The notes below the pieces were generated by a model. It was given only the letters and a program-made list of their open reading frames with translations. It did not search any database and was not told where the DNA came from. Shown here one piece after another: positions 45,246 through 56,085 of a stretch of 64,000 nucleotides of DNA (the first letter of the stretch is position 1; the number at the start of each line of letters is the position of its first letter). The stretch comes from Burkholderiales bacterium (GTDB taxonomy: Bacteria; Pseudomonadota; Gammaproteobacteria; Burkholderiales; JACQAP01), in NCBI GenBank assembly GCA_036384015.1, contig DASVNF010000100.1:5952-69951 (forward strand), given 5' to 3'. Made by a program: the position numbers and the translations under genes.

Positions 45246-46142
45246 CTAGAAGGGCAACGACGTGAACAGGCTTACGCCGAACACTTCCTCGCTGCTGCGG
45301 ATGGCGAGGCCGATCCGGTCGACGTCGAAATACTTCAGCCTCCACGGCTTGCGGCTCAACATGCTGATGTTCAGCTCGAACTGCTCGCGCAGGCGGTTGT
45401 CGACGTCGTCGAATTCGGCAAACCTGAGCTTGTTGAAATACTTGGAATAAACCGGCGTGAAGCCGAAGAAGACATTGCGGTCGAACAGGATGAGTTTCGT
45501 CGGAATGACGATATCCACGCCGATGGACAGCACCCCGAAAGGCTGGCGCGGCCCCCCGCGGGGGCGGTAGCCGGCGGCAGTCAGCGCGCCGACCAGGGCG
45601 AATTCGACGTCCTTGTCCTCGCCGATCACGTAGCGGCTCTTGACGCCGAGATCGTAGATCAGCGCAGACTCCTTGCCGGACAGATCCTGGCCGTAGCCGG
45701 CGGAGATGTAGGGTTTCACGGTCCAGCGGGACGACAGCGGCATTTCCCATTCGAGGCCCGGCATCACGCTGACCGTGCTCACCTCCTCCGGAAATTCGCC
45801 CGTGAACGCATCGTCGAAAGCGTAGTCGTAGAAACCGAACGTGATCGGGATTTTCAGCCGGAGGCCGTAGTTGTCTTCGCCGAGGGGACGCAATACGCGG
45901 GAAATCGGCAGCTGGATGACCGCGACGGTGCGGTCGCCGGCCGTATAGACCCCGGTGCCGAACGTCGCGGCGTAATACCAGTTGATGAGGTCCTGCTGGT
46001 CCTGTACCGCCCGGGTCTGTGCATGCGCTGCCGTTGCGGCTGCGGCGGACAGCACGAACGACAGGCACAGGCGCGCAAGGAAGGGAAACGGAATGCCGAA
46101 GCTCACTGCGTGATTATATTGGCGGCGCCTTCCAGAATTCAC
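45246..46142 (-). CDS. Hypothetical outer-membrane beta-barrel protein
   Basis: Signal peptide ending ATAAHAQT. Alternating strands and a C-terminal LFTSLPF. The start is uncertain: GTG 46142 overlaps the upstream gene, and GTG 46106 is an alternative. Confidence 0.5.
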   Translation of the reverse strand: MNSGRRRQYNHAVSFGIPFPFLARLCLSFVLSAAAATAAHAQTRAVQDQQDLINWYYAATFGTGVYTAGDRTVAVIQLPISRVLRPLGEDNYGLRLKIPITFGFYDYAFDDAFTGEFPEEVSTVSVMPGLEWEMPLSSRWTVKPYISAGYGQDLSGKESALIYDLGVKSRYVIGEDKDVEFALVGALTAAGYRPRGGPRQPFGVLSIGVDIVIPTKLILFDRNVFFGFTPVYSKYFNKLRFAEFDDVDNRLREQFELNISMLSRKPWRLKYFDVDRIGLAIRSSEEVFGVSLFTSLPF

Positions 46143-47361
46143 CGTTTTTCATGATGGCGGACAATTTTTCAGGCCGCTGCAGGATCGCCACATCGGCGAG
46201 CGGATCGCCTTCCACCAGCAGGAGGTCCGCCAGGTAGCCGGGCCGGACCTGGCCTACTCGATCTCCCATGCCCATGATTTCCCCGCCGAGCCGGGTGGCG
46301 GCGACGATTGCGTCCATGGGCGAGAACGCCAGCAGCTTGACGAACTGCTCGATGTCGCGGGCGTCGGCTCCCACCGGATTCCAGGCGAAACCGTAGTCTC
46401 CGCCGATCAGGACCCGCACGCCGCGGCGGTGCAGCTGGCGCATGCTTTCGATGCCACGGTCGAGCTCGTGCGCGACACCTCGCTGCTCGGCGACCTGCCG
46501 CGTGATGCCCCACGGCGCAGCTTCGTTCAGGGTCGTGTACAAATGTCCGAGTACGGGGCCGACGAACACCTCGTCCCTCGCCTGTTCCAGGGCATCCATC
46601 GCTTCGTCGTCCAGCAGCGTTGCGTGGTAGATCACCTGCACGCCGTGGCGCAGGCACATCTTCACCGACTCGGCACTGCGGGCATGGGCGGCGATGCGCT
46701 TGCCATGTGCATGAGCGACGTCGCAGACGGCCGCCACCTCGGCTTCGTTCATCACGGTCGTATCGGCCGGCGAGTGCGGCGTTCCCGCGTCGCCCGACAC
46801 GTTGATCTTCAGCGTATCCGCGCCCTCGCGCACCATGGTCCGCGAGAACTTGCGGAATTCCGCGGCACCGTCGCAGACCACCGCGAAGTTCTCCCGGTAC
46901 ATGTGATAGAGGCGCACGTCGCCCAGTCCCGCCGAAACCGTCATTTCCGGGCTCGCGGCGAGGGTTCGGGGGCCGGGGATAGAACCGCTGTCGATCGCAT
47001 TGCGCAGCGCCACGTCTAGCCGCGGCTTCGCCGCGGCGGCACTGAAACAGGACGTGAAGCCGGCATCAAGCATGCGCCGCGCGTTCCGCGCGGTCTTGAG
47101 CATGTGCTCTTCCGGGGGAATGAAGCCCAGTTCCACCGTGACCGCGACATCCGTGAATGTGAGGTGGGAATGCGCCTCGATCATTCCCGGCATCAGCGTT
47201 GCCCCCTGTCCGTCGACAACCAGCGCATCCCTGTCGGCCAATGCCGCGCCCCGCGGGACAACCGCCTCTATGCGCTCGCCCCGGACCAGCACGCTGCCGG
47301 GGAACGGCTGCGCCCCGCTGCCATCCAGGATATCGACGTTGGTGAACAGTGTTGCGCGCAT
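46114..47361 (-). CDS. Amidohydrolase-family metal-dependent hydrolase
   Basis: N-terminal DILDGSG...VLVRGERI, metal-binding MIEAHSHL, later AAHA and a GGDYG region, and a C-terminal GQVRPGYLADLLLVEGDPL. Confidence 0.75.
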   Translation of the reverse strand: MRATLFTNVDILDGSGAQPFPGSVLVRGERIEAVVPRGAALADRDALVVDGQGATLMPGMIEAHSHLTFTDVAVTVELGFIPPEEHMLKTARNARRMLDAGFTSCFSAAAAKPRLDVALRNAIDSGSIPGPRTLAASPEMTVSAGLGDVRLYHMYRENFAVVCDGAAEFRKFSRTMVREGADTLKINVSGDAGTPHSPADTTVMNEAEVAAVCDVAHAHGKRIAAHARSAESVKMCLRHGVQVIYHATLLDDEAMDALEQARDEVFVGPVLGHLYTTLNEAAPWGITRQVAEQRGVAHELDRGIESMRQLHRRGVRVLIGGDYGFAWNPVGADARDIEQFVKLLAFSPMDAIVAATRLGGEIMGMGDRVGQVRPGYLADLLLVEGDPLADVAILQRPEKLSAIMKNGEFWKAPPI

Positions 47362-47367
47362 GCGCCG

Positions 47368-48117
47368 CTACAGGTTGTCGATGTACATCCGGTTCCAGGT
47401 CGGGCTGATGATCAACTGGTTGATGCAGGCGTGGGCCGGCATCTCGGCGATGAAACGGATGGTATTGCCCAGGTCTTCCGGCTGCAGCATGCGCGCCCGG
47501 TCGGCGGCGCTCGGGGGAACCGGCCGCCGGTCCATGATCGGCGTCGCGACTTCCGCCGGGCAGATGGCGCAGGCGCGGATGCCGTTCTGGCACTCTTCCA
47601 TGTTGATGGTTTCGGTCATCGCCGTGACCGCGTGCTTGCTGGCGTTGTAAGCCGCGCCGGTAAGTTTGGGATGGAATACGCCGGCCCAGGACGAAACGTT
47701 GATGATCAGCCCGTCCTTCTTCGCGCGCATCGCCGCGATCACCGCCTGAATGGTGTAGAAGGACCCATCGAGGTTGATGCCGACCACGTCCCGCCAGCCG
47801 TCGACGGTCTGGTTTTTCCAGTAGCGATTCGGCGTGTTCAGACCCGCGCTGTTGACCAGAATGTCGATATGCCCGTGCCGGGACAGGATCGCATCCGCCA
47901 CTTTCTTGACCGACCTGGCTTCGGAAACATCCAGGGCCTCGACTTCCGCCGCGCCGCCCTTGATGCGGATTTTCTCCGCCTCCGGCGCCAGGACCTCCTT
48001 GCGGCGGCCCGACATCACGACGATTGCGCCGGCATCCGCCAGCGCCTTTGCACCCGCAAGCCCGATGCCGGTGCCGGCGCCGGTGATCCACGCCACCTTT
48101 CCTTTCAGACTACCCAT
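47368..48117 (-). CDS. Short-chain dehydrogenase/reductase (SDR)
   Basis: ATG 48117 with an AGGAG RBS (the ORF track begins at GTG 48138). Strings TGAGTGIG, NSAG and Y..SK (AAYNASKHAV). Confidence 0.8.
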   Translation of the reverse strand: MGSLKGKVAWITGAGTGIGLAGAKALADAGAIVVMSGRRKEVLAPEAEKIRIKGGAAEVEALDVSEARSVKKVADAILSRHGHIDILVNSAGLNTPNRYWKNQTVDGWRDVVGINLDGSFYTIQAVIAAMRAKKDGLIINVSSWAGVFHPKLTGAAYNASKHAVTAMTETINMEECQNGIRACAICPAEVATPIMDRRPVPPSAADRARMLQPEDLGNTIRFIAEMPAHACINQLIISPTWNRMYIDNL

Positions 48118-48134
48118 GGTCTCTCTCCTGTCCG

Positions 48135-49112
48135 TCACGCCGTTTTTGAAATTTTTCTGTCGATTCCACGAGCGGCATCGAATGCCTCGCGCAATGCCCT
48201 GGCCGACTCGGAGACCGCGCGCTTCGCCGCATCCACCGCGCCGCCCATGAGGTAAAACCCGTGAACCATGCCTTCGTAGTTCGACAGCCGCACCTGGTTT
48301 CCCGCCTCAATCAGCCTCTTTCCATACTCGATGCCTTCGTCGCGAAGCGGGTCGTAACCGGCGACGATGATCAGGGACGGCGGCAGGCCTGCCAGATCGT
48401 CCAGCAGCAGCGGCGCGAAACGGAAGTCGTTCGCATCCTTGCCGGAGCGCAGGTACTGGCGATAGAACCAGGTGATCGAATTGCGCGACAGGACATAGCC
48501 TTCCTTGAACTTGTGATGCGAAGCGGTTTCCGGTTCGGGCGCGACGCAGGGATAAACCAGCAGCTGGAACACCAGCTTCGGGTGCGCGGCATCGCGCGCC
48601 AGGATCGCCATCACCGTTGCCAGGTTGGCGCCGGCGCTGTCCCCGCCGACTGCGATGCAGTTCCCGTCGCCGCCGAACTCGACGGCGTGCAATGCGACCC
48701 ACTTCATCGCGGCCTGGCAATCCTCCACCGCCGCGGGAAACCTGGCTTCGGGCGCCAGGCGGTAGTCCACCGACACGACAATGCACCCCGCCTGGTTGGC
48801 GAGCATGCGGCAGACGGAATCGTGGGTTTCCAGCGAACCGATGACGAATCCGCCGCCGTGGAACCACAACAGCACCGGCAGCTTCTCCGCGGTCTTGAGT
48901 TCGCGCGGCGTATAGATGCGAATCGGAATGTCGCTGCCGGGACCGGGAATGCGCCGGTCCTCGGTGCGAAAAATGCTCTCGCTGACCTTCAGCCTGTTTA
49001 CGCGCGTCAGGTACTGCTCGCGCCCCTGGTCCGGCGTGAGCTGCCAGACTTCGGGCAGGTTGGCCTGCCTGGCCAGGCCAAGCAGGATTTCGATTTGCGG
49101 ATCAAGCGCCAT
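48135..49112 (-). CDS. Alpha/beta-hydrolase, hormone-sensitive-lipase-type esterase
   Basis: GGAG RBS. Oxyanion HGGGF motif, nucleophile GDSAGANL, and DPLRDEG and VHGF near the C-terminus. Confidence 0.8.
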   Translation of the reverse strand: MALDPQIEILLGLARQANLPEVWQLTPDQGREQYLTRVNRLKVSESIFRTEDRRIPGPGSDIPIRIYTPRELKTAEKLPVLLWFHGGGFVIGSLETHDSVCRMLANQAGCIVVSVDYRLAPEARFPAAVEDCQAAMKWVALHAVEFGGDGNCIAVGGDSAGANLATVMAILARDAAHPKLVFQLLVYPCVAPEPETASHHKFKEGYVLSRNSITWFYRQYLRSGKDANDFRFAPLLLDDLAGLPPSLIIVAGYDPLRDEGIEYGKRLIEAGNQVRLSNYEGMVHGFYLMGGAVDAAKRAVSESARALREAFDAARGIDRKISKTA

Positions 49113-49164
49113 CGTTCATTCTCCAGATTCGGTTCATCTCAAGCACGGTGGTCTCACGCTTTCC

Positions 49165-49209
49165 GCGCACCACGGACAAGGGAACATCATGCTCCTTCGT
49201 TGCGCGCAG
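49165..49209. repeat. Degenerate hairpin of the GCGCACCACGAAGG / CCTTCGTGGTGCGC element family
   Basis: GCGCACCACGGA ... CCTTCGTTGCGCGCAG, similar to the arms at 50596-50609 and 52464-52479. It lies in the gap between the esterase start and the thioesterase stop. Confidence 0.5.
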
Positions 49210-49220
49210 TGGATTCCGTC

Positions 49221-49628
49221 CTATTCCTTCGCGGAAGGATAAAGAAGCTTGAACGTGCCGGTGGCTTTTGCCAGCAGGGTGCCGTCCTCGGCGCGCAATT
49301 CCCCTTCCGAGAAGATCAGCGAGCGGCCGGCACGCTGGGCACGGCCTTCGCCCAGCACCGCGCCCGTGGCGGCGGCGATGAAATTCACCTTCATCTCCAC
49401 GGTCAGGGCGCCGTTGCAGGTCCCGTCCAGCGCCCTGCCGGCGCTCGCAAGCGCCACATCCAGCATGGTCATCAGCACGCCACCATGCACCGATCCCCAG
49501 CTGTTGGCCAGTTCCGGGCGCGGATCCAGCCGCAATTTCACGACTCCCTCCCCCTTCTCGAGGATCCTGATTCCCAGGTGCTCGACAAAGGGAACGTGGA
49601 TATTGAACCCTGCTTTCTGCTCCGCCAT
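49221..49628 (-). CDS. PaaI/hotdog-fold thioesterase
   Basis: ORF 49221..49697 trimmed to ATG 49628. Strings N..G.VHGGVLMTMLD and a GR...SEGEL pattern are typical of PaaI-type thioesterases. Confidence 0.7.
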   Translation of the reverse strand: MAEQKAGFNIHVPFVEHLGIRILEKGEGVVKLRLDPRPELANSWGSVHGGVLMTMLDVALASAGRALDGTCNGALTVEMKVNFIAAATGAVLGEGRAQRAGRSLIFSEGELRAEDGTLLAKATGTFKLLYPSAKE

Positions 49629-49635
49629 GTCTGTC

Positions 49636-50412
49636 TTACATCGAAACAAGGCCGCCGTCGACCGCCACGGTCTGGCCCGTGATGTAAGCCGATGCATCCG
49701 AGGCCAGAAGCACCGCCAGGCCCTTGAGGTCCCAATCGGTTCCCAGGCGCTTCATCGGCGTGATGTCCATGATGATCTGCTCGGCCTTGTCTATCATGCC
49801 GCGGGACATTTTCGACGGGAATACGCCGGGGGCGATCGCATTTACGGTAATGCCGTGCAGCGCCCATTCCACGGCCAGCGAGCGGGTGAGGTTGACGACC
49901 CCGCCCTTGCTGGCGTTGTAGGCAATGGTCGGCATCATGCGCGGATCCGTACCGACCAGGCCTGCGATGGAGGCCAGGTTGATGATGCGGCCATACTTGC
50001 GGGGAATCATGCTGAGCTTGCCGACGGCCTGGCTCAGCAGGAATACCGCGGTCAGGTTCAGGTTGATGACCTTGTACCAGGCGTCGAGCGGATGGTCCTC
50101 CGCCAATGCGCCCCACACCGCGCCGGCGTTGTTGACCAGGATGTCGATCTGTCCCTGGCTTTTGAGGACCTGCTCCACCATCGGTTTCACGGAATCGGTG
50201 TTCTGCAGGTCATTGGTCACCGTGAGCGCATCGATGCCCATGCCTTTCAGGTGCGCCTTCGCTTCCTCCAGCTCGCCGGCCTTGCGCGCGGTGATCACCA
50301 CCTTCGCGCCCATTTCGCCGAGGGCTTCGGCCATCTGCAAGCCCAGGCCGCGGGAACCGCCGGTGATCACAGCGACCTTTCCCGACAGATCGAACAATTG
50401 TTTTACATTCAT
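49636..50412 (-). CDS. Short-chain dehydrogenase/reductase (SDR)
   Basis: Strings TGGSRGLG, NNAG and YNASKGGV. Confidence 0.8.
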   Translation of the reverse strand: MNVKQLFDLSGKVAVITGGSRGLGLQMAEALGEMGAKVVITARKAGELEEAKAHLKGMGIDALTVTNDLQNTDSVKPMVEQVLKSQGQIDILVNNAGAVWGALAEDHPLDAWYKVINLNLTAVFLLSQAVGKLSMIPRKYGRIINLASIAGLVGTDPRMMPTIAYNASKGGVVNLTRSLAVEWALHGITVNAIAPGVFPSKMSRGMIDKAEQIIMDITPMKRLGTDWDLKGLAVLLASDASAYITGQTVAVDGGLVSM

Positions 50413-50540
50413 GCGCCGCTCCGTAACGTGTGTTGTTTCTGCTATCCGGTGTACTTGCCGAAGCCCTTTGCGCCCCTGCCCGCAAACGGGCGTACCGCTA
50501 ACGAGTCCGGGGCGCCCTCGGCCTTCCTCAGTTAGTTATT

Positions 50541-50609
50541 CACCACGAACAATTCTTTTTCGCCTTTCTTCGTGCACCTTCGTGTTCCTCGTGCCTTCGT
50601 GGTGCGCAG
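50541..50609. repeat. Intercistronic element: CACCACGAA ... four CTTCGTG-type direct units ... CCTTCGTGGTGCGCAG
   Basis: CTTCGTG occurs at 50568, 50578 and 50595, and CCTCGTG at 50587. CACCACGAA (50541-50549) is complementary to TTCGTGGTG (50596-50604). Positions 50578-50609 are about 30/32 identical to the reverse complement of 52464-52495. Confidence 0.8.
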
Positions 50610-50613
50610 TAAA

Positions 50614-52422
50614 TCAGAACCAGCCGTCCTGCATTTCCAGCGTCGTGCGATCGAGGCTGGCGAGCAGCTCGTGCCACTGTTTCGTCTTCGGCAGTTCCCA
50701 GCGGAAGAACCAGGCACACGTCTGCAGCTTGCCCTGGTAAAAATCCTTCTCCTCCGCGGTAGCGGCGCCGACTTTCCTCACCGCGACCAATGCCTGCCGC
50801 AGCCAGATCCAGGACAGGATGGTGTGGCCGGCCAAGTCGAGATACACCGATGCGTTCGCCAGGCCGAGTTCCACTTCGCCCCGCCCGGTCACGCACAGGA
50901 GATTGCGCGTTACATCCATGACCCGGTCCAGGGCTTCGTTCAGCGCTTCGCCGCAACGGCGCAACTCGTCCGAATCGCAGGCCCGGGCTTCGCGCACCAC
51001 GTCATCGATCTCCCGTGCCAGCAACTGGATCCCCGCGCCGTCGGCAATCCCGGCCTTGCGGCCGAGGAGATCGATAGCCTGAATGCCATTGGTGCCTTCA
51101 TGGATCGGATTGAGCCGGTTGTCGCGGTAGAACTGTTCGACGGGATACTCGCGGGTATAACCGTAGCCTCCGTATACCTGGATCGCCAGGCTGTTGGCTT
51201 CGAGGCAATAGTGCGACGGCCAGGCCTTGGCCACCGGCGTCAGGATTTCGAGCAGCAGGCCCGCATTGCCGCGCGCCTTCTCGTCTTTGCCCGAATGCGC
51301 CTCGTCCACCAGGCGCGCGCAGTAGAGGCAAAGCGCAAACGCGCCTTCGACGTAGGCCTTCTGCGCGAGCAGCATGCGCCTCACGTCGGCATGTTCGATG
51401 ATCCTGACCGGCGGCTGGGCCGGGTCCTTGCCGCCGGGCAGCCGGCCCTGCGGCCGCTGGCGCGCATAGTCGAGCGCATGCAGGTAACCGGTATAACCCA
51501 GCACAGTCGCGCCCATGCCGACGCCGATCCGGGCCTCGTTCATCATCTGGAACATATAAGCGAGACCCTTGTTCGGCTCTCCGACCAGTTCCGCCCATGC
51601 ACCACCGTGCTCGCCGAAATTCAGCACGCAGTTGGTGGTGCCGCGGAAACCCATCTTGTGATTGAGGCCGGCCAGCGCGACGTCGTTGCGAGCGCCCCGC
51701 GACCCATCGTCGTTGAGCCGGTACTTGGGAACGAGGAACAGGGAAATCCCCTTTACGCCTGCGGGCGCGCCCTTGATGCGCGCCAGCACCAGATGCACGA
51801 TGTTTTCGGAAAGCTCGTGGTCGCCGGCCGAGATCCACATCTTGTTGCCCGTGATCCGATAACTGCCGTCGGCCTGCGGATGCGCCGTGGTGCGCACGTC
51901 GGCGAGCGACGAACCTGCCTGCGGTTCGGACAGGCACATGGTGCCGAAATAGCGGCCATCCAGCAGCGACGGCAGGTAACGCCGCTTCTGCTGTTCCGTC
52001 CCGAAGGCGCGGATCAGGTTGGCGTTGGCGATGGTGAGGAAGGGATAAGCCGCGGTCGAGACGTTCGCCGCATTGAACCAGGCGAAGCAGGCCTGCGCGA
52101 CGGTCCAGGGCAGCTGCATGCCGCCAAGGTCGAAATCCTGGGAAGCCGACATGAATCCCGCCTGGCGGAAGGCCTCCAGCGCCTCGCCCACCTCCGGGAT
52201 CATGGTCACCTTGCCGCCGTCGAAGCGTGGTTCGTTCAGATCCGACTTGCGGTTGTGCGGAGCGAACTTCTCTTCCGCGATTTTTGCCGCGGTCTCCAGG
52301 GCGGCATCGAATGTCTCGCGCGAGTGATCCGCGAATCGCGGCCGCTGCGTCAGCGACTCGATGTCGAGGAGTTCGTATAGTACGAACGCAACGTCACGCG
52401 GATTGAGCAATTTGGATTGCAT
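50614..52422 (-). CDS. Acyl-CoA dehydrogenase, long (about 600 aa) type with an extended C-terminal domain
   Basis: ORF 50614..52503 trimmed to ATG 52422. Strings GTMCLSEPQAGS, NKMWISAGDHE and IHEGTNGIQAIDL are typical ACAD motifs. Confidence 0.85.
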   Translation of the reverse strand: MQSKLLNPRDVAFVLYELLDIESLTQRPRFADHSRETFDAALETAAKIAEEKFAPHNRKSDLNEPRFDGGKVTMIPEVGEALEAFRQAGFMSASQDFDLGGMQLPWTVAQACFAWFNAANVSTAAYPFLTIANANLIRAFGTEQQKRRYLPSLLDGRYFGTMCLSEPQAGSSLADVRTTAHPQADGSYRITGNKMWISAGDHELSENIVHLVLARIKGAPAGVKGISLFLVPKYRLNDDGSRGARNDVALAGLNHKMGFRGTTNCVLNFGEHGGAWAELVGEPNKGLAYMFQMMNEARIGVGMGATVLGYTGYLHALDYARQRPQGRLPGGKDPAQPPVRIIEHADVRRMLLAQKAYVEGAFALCLYCARLVDEAHSGKDEKARGNAGLLLEILTPVAKAWPSHYCLEANSLAIQVYGGYGYTREYPVEQFYRDNRLNPIHEGTNGIQAIDLLGRKAGIADGAGIQLLAREIDDVVREARACDSDELRRCGEALNEALDRVMDVTRNLLCVTGRGEVELGLANASVYLDLAGHTILSWIWLRQALVAVRKVGAATAEEKDFYQGKLQTCAWFFRWELPKTKQWHELLASLDRTTLEMQDGWF

Positions 52423-52463
52423 CGGGATGCTTCGCTTTTTGGCCCATACCTCATGTCGGTCTA

Positions 52464-52653
52464 CTGCGCACCACGAAGGCACGAAGAACACGAGGTGACA
52501 CAAAGAAATGCAAAATAAGAAATAGAGGCACGTCAGTGCGTTGATTTTCGCGTGAAGTTCACCCTTTTCGACTCGCCAGATCAGCCCGTTCCCACCTCAT
52601 GTTTCGATTCTCTTCGTGTTCCTTCGTGTTCTGCGCGCCTTCGTGGTGCGCGG
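52464..52653. repeat. Long-range inverted repeat of the CTTCGTG/GTGCGC element (arms 52464-52495 and 52612-52653)
   Basis: GCGCACCACGAAGG (52466-52479) is perfectly complementary to CCTTCGTGGTGCGC (52638-52651). The right arm carries CTTCGTGTTC twice in tandem. Confidence 0.85.
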
Positions 52654-52659
52654 TAGGCC

Positions 52660-53835
<1,176 letters not shown>

Positions 53836-53860
53836 AGCGTTCTCCTTTGGATCACCCAAT

Positions 53861-53971
53861 GCCGTGAAGGTGTGAATGAGTGAAAGTGAAGCAAGCGTAA
53901 AGGGGTAAATGCCTTCATGCCTCACACTCATTCACACATTCAGGCCCTCACTCATTCACGCCCTTCACGCG
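53861..53971. repeat. Intercistronic hairpin built from GTGAAGG/GTGAATGA-type units (one left arm, two tandem right-arm copies)
   Basis: Left arm: GCCGTGAAGGTGTGAATGAGTGAAAGTGAAGC. Right arm: CTCACACTCATTCACACATTCAGG plus CCCTCACTCATTCACGCCCTTCACGCG. The stop codon of the upstream fadB-like gene (TGA, 53965-53967) lies inside the outer stem. Confidence 0.85.
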
Positions 53972-56064
53972 TTGAACTTCTTGCCTTCGGCAGCGAGCTT
54001 TTCGAGCAACGGCGCCGGTTTCCAGAACTCGCCATGGACCGAATGATAGCGCCGCACGGCTTCCAACACCTTGTCCAGGCCGACGGTATCTGCATAGAAC
54101 ATGGGGCCGCCGCGGTATCGGGGGAAACCGTAGCCGTAGATGTAAACGATGTCGATGTCGCTGGCGCGCTGGGCAATGCCTTCGTCGAGGATTTCCGCGG
54201 CTTCGTTGACCAGCGCATAGATGCAGCGCTCGAGGATTTCCTGATCGCTGACCTTGCGGCGCTGGATGCCCGCTTCCTTCGAAGCTTTCACGATCAGGTC
54301 TTCCACGACGGGATCGGGAATCGGATTGCGGTTTCCGGCCTCGTAGCGATACCACCCGGCACCGGTCTTCTGGCCGAAGCGGCCGAGTTCGCAGACCTGG
54401 TCCGCCACCTTCGAGTACCGCAGGTGCGCCGGGCGCGTTGCGGCCTGGCGCTTGCGGATGTACCAGCCCACGTCGAGGCCCGCCAGATCGCCGACCCGGA
54501 ACGGACCCATCGCGAAACCGAAATCCTCGATGACCTTGTCCACCTGTTGCGGCAACGCGCCTTCCTCCAGCAGGAAGCCCGCCTCGCGGAAGTAACCGTG
54601 CAGCATGCGGTTGCCGATGAAGCCATCGCACACGCCGGAGACAACACCCACCTTCTTGATCGCCTTCGACAGCTTCATGGCCGTGGCGAGCACGTCCTTG
54701 CCGGTCTTGTCGGCCCGGACCACTTCGAGCAGCTTCATGACGTTCGCCGGGCTGAAGAAATGCAATCCGAGCACGTCCTGCGGACGCGAGGTCACCGCGG
54801 CAATCTCGTTCACGTCGAGCGTGGAAGTATTGGTGGCAATGATCGCGCCGCGCTTGGCAACCTTGTCGAGTTTCTCGAATACCTGTTTCTTGACTGCCAT
54901 GTCCTCGAACACGGCTTCGATGACGATGTCCACGTCCTTGATATCGTCGTAGCTGGTGACGCCGGTGAACAACGACATGCGCTTGTCCATGGCTTCCTGG
55001 CTGAGGCGGCCTTTCGCAACCGTGGCGGCGTAGTTCTTGCGCACGATCCCGAGGCCCCGGTCCAGCGCCTCCTGGTTCAGCTCGAGCATTTTTACCGGGA
55101 TCCCGGCATTGGCGAAATTCATTGCGATGCCGCCGCCCATGGTGCCCGCGCCGATCAGCGCCGCGGACTTGATTTCGCGCACCGGCGTGTCGTCGGGCAC
55201 ATCGGGAATCTTGCTGACCTGGCGTTCGGCGAAGAACAAATGCCGCAAGGCGCGCGACTCGTCGGTTTTCACCAGTTTCTCGAACTGCTGGCGCTCGAAG
55301 GCCACGCCTTTGGCAAAGGGCAGGCTGGTGGCGGCTTCAACGCAAGAGGTGATCGCCAGCGGCGCCGGGTAACCGCGCCACGCCTTGGCGATGCGCTCGC
55401 GCGCTGCCGAGAAGAAAGCTTCCGCCGGCTGGTCGAGGGCGGCATTCAACTGGCTGGCTCGGCGCACGCCCTGGCCTTCCTTCAACAGCCGATTGGTGTA
55501 GGAAATGGCCGCGGCCCGCAGGTCGCCGGTAACCACCTCGTCCACCAGTCCGGATTCCATGGCCTTCTCGCTCGAGATCGGGTCGCCCACGACCATGAAG
55601 TCCAGTGCCTTTTCCACGCCCATCAATCGGGGTGCGCGCTGCGTTCCGCCGGCTCCCGGAAGGATGCCAAGCTTCACCTCCGGCAGGGCGATCTGCGCGC
55701 CGGTCAGCGCGATTCTGTAATGGCAGGCCAGCGCCAGTTCCAGCCCCCCGCCCATCGTCGGGCCTGAAATGGCTGCCACGATGGGCTTGGTGACGGTGTC
55801 CATGTACGCCAGCGCATCCGGCAGCGTCGCTTTGCCCGGTTCATAGGGCTTGCCGAATTCGCTGATGTCGGCGCCGCCGCTGAAATTGCGGCCGCCGCCG
55901 ATGATGACGAAGGCGCGGATGTGGTGATCATGGTCGCCCTCCTTGAGGGCCTCCAGGATGCCCTGGATTACGCCCTTGTTCACCGACAGCGCGTTGACCG
56001 GCGGATTGTTGAGCGTGATGATGCCTATGCTGCCCTGCTTCTGGAAATCGACAATATTGGTCAT
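53965..56064 (-). CDS. Bifunctional enoyl-CoA hydratase / 3-hydroxyacyl-CoA dehydrogenase (FadB/FadJ-like)
   Basis: ORF trimmed to ATG 56064. N-terminal crotonase part (ITLNNPPVNAL, FSGGADI). Central Rossmann IGAGTMGGGIA and an HFFSPA motif. Confidence 0.9.
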   Translation of the reverse strand: MTNIVDFQKQGSIGIITLNNPPVNALSVNKGVIQGILEALKEGDHDHHIRAFVIIGGGRNFSGGADISEFGKPYEPGKATLPDALAYMDTVTKPIVAAISGPTMGGGLELALACHYRIALTGAQIALPEVKLGILPGAGGTQRAPRLMGVEKALDFMVVGDPISSEKAMESGLVDEVVTGDLRAAAISYTNRLLKEGQGVRRASQLNAALDQPAEAFFSAARERIAKAWRGYPAPLAITSCVEAATSLPFAKGVAFERQQFEKLVKTDESRALRHLFFAERQVSKIPDVPDDTPVREIKSAALIGAGTMGGGIAMNFANAGIPVKMLELNQEALDRGLGIVRKNYAATVAKGRLSQEAMDKRMSLFTGVTSYDDIKDVDIVIEAVFEDMAVKKQVFEKLDKVAKRGAIIATNTSTLDVNEIAAVTSRPQDVLGLHFFSPANVMKLLEVVRADKTGKDVLATAMKLSKAIKKVGVVSGVCDGFIGNRMLHGYFREAGFLLEEGALPQQVDKVIEDFGFAMGPFRVGDLAGLDVGWYIRKRQAATRPAHLRYSKVADQVCELGRFGQKTGAGWYRYEAGNRNPIPDPVVEDLIVKASKEAGIQRRKVSDQEILERCIYALVNEAAEILDEGIAQRASDIDIVYIYGYGFPRYRGGPMFYADTVGLDKVLEAVRRYHSVHGEFWKPAPLLEKLAAEGKKFNA

Positions 56065-56085
56065 GGGTACTCCGAAAAATGCGCC

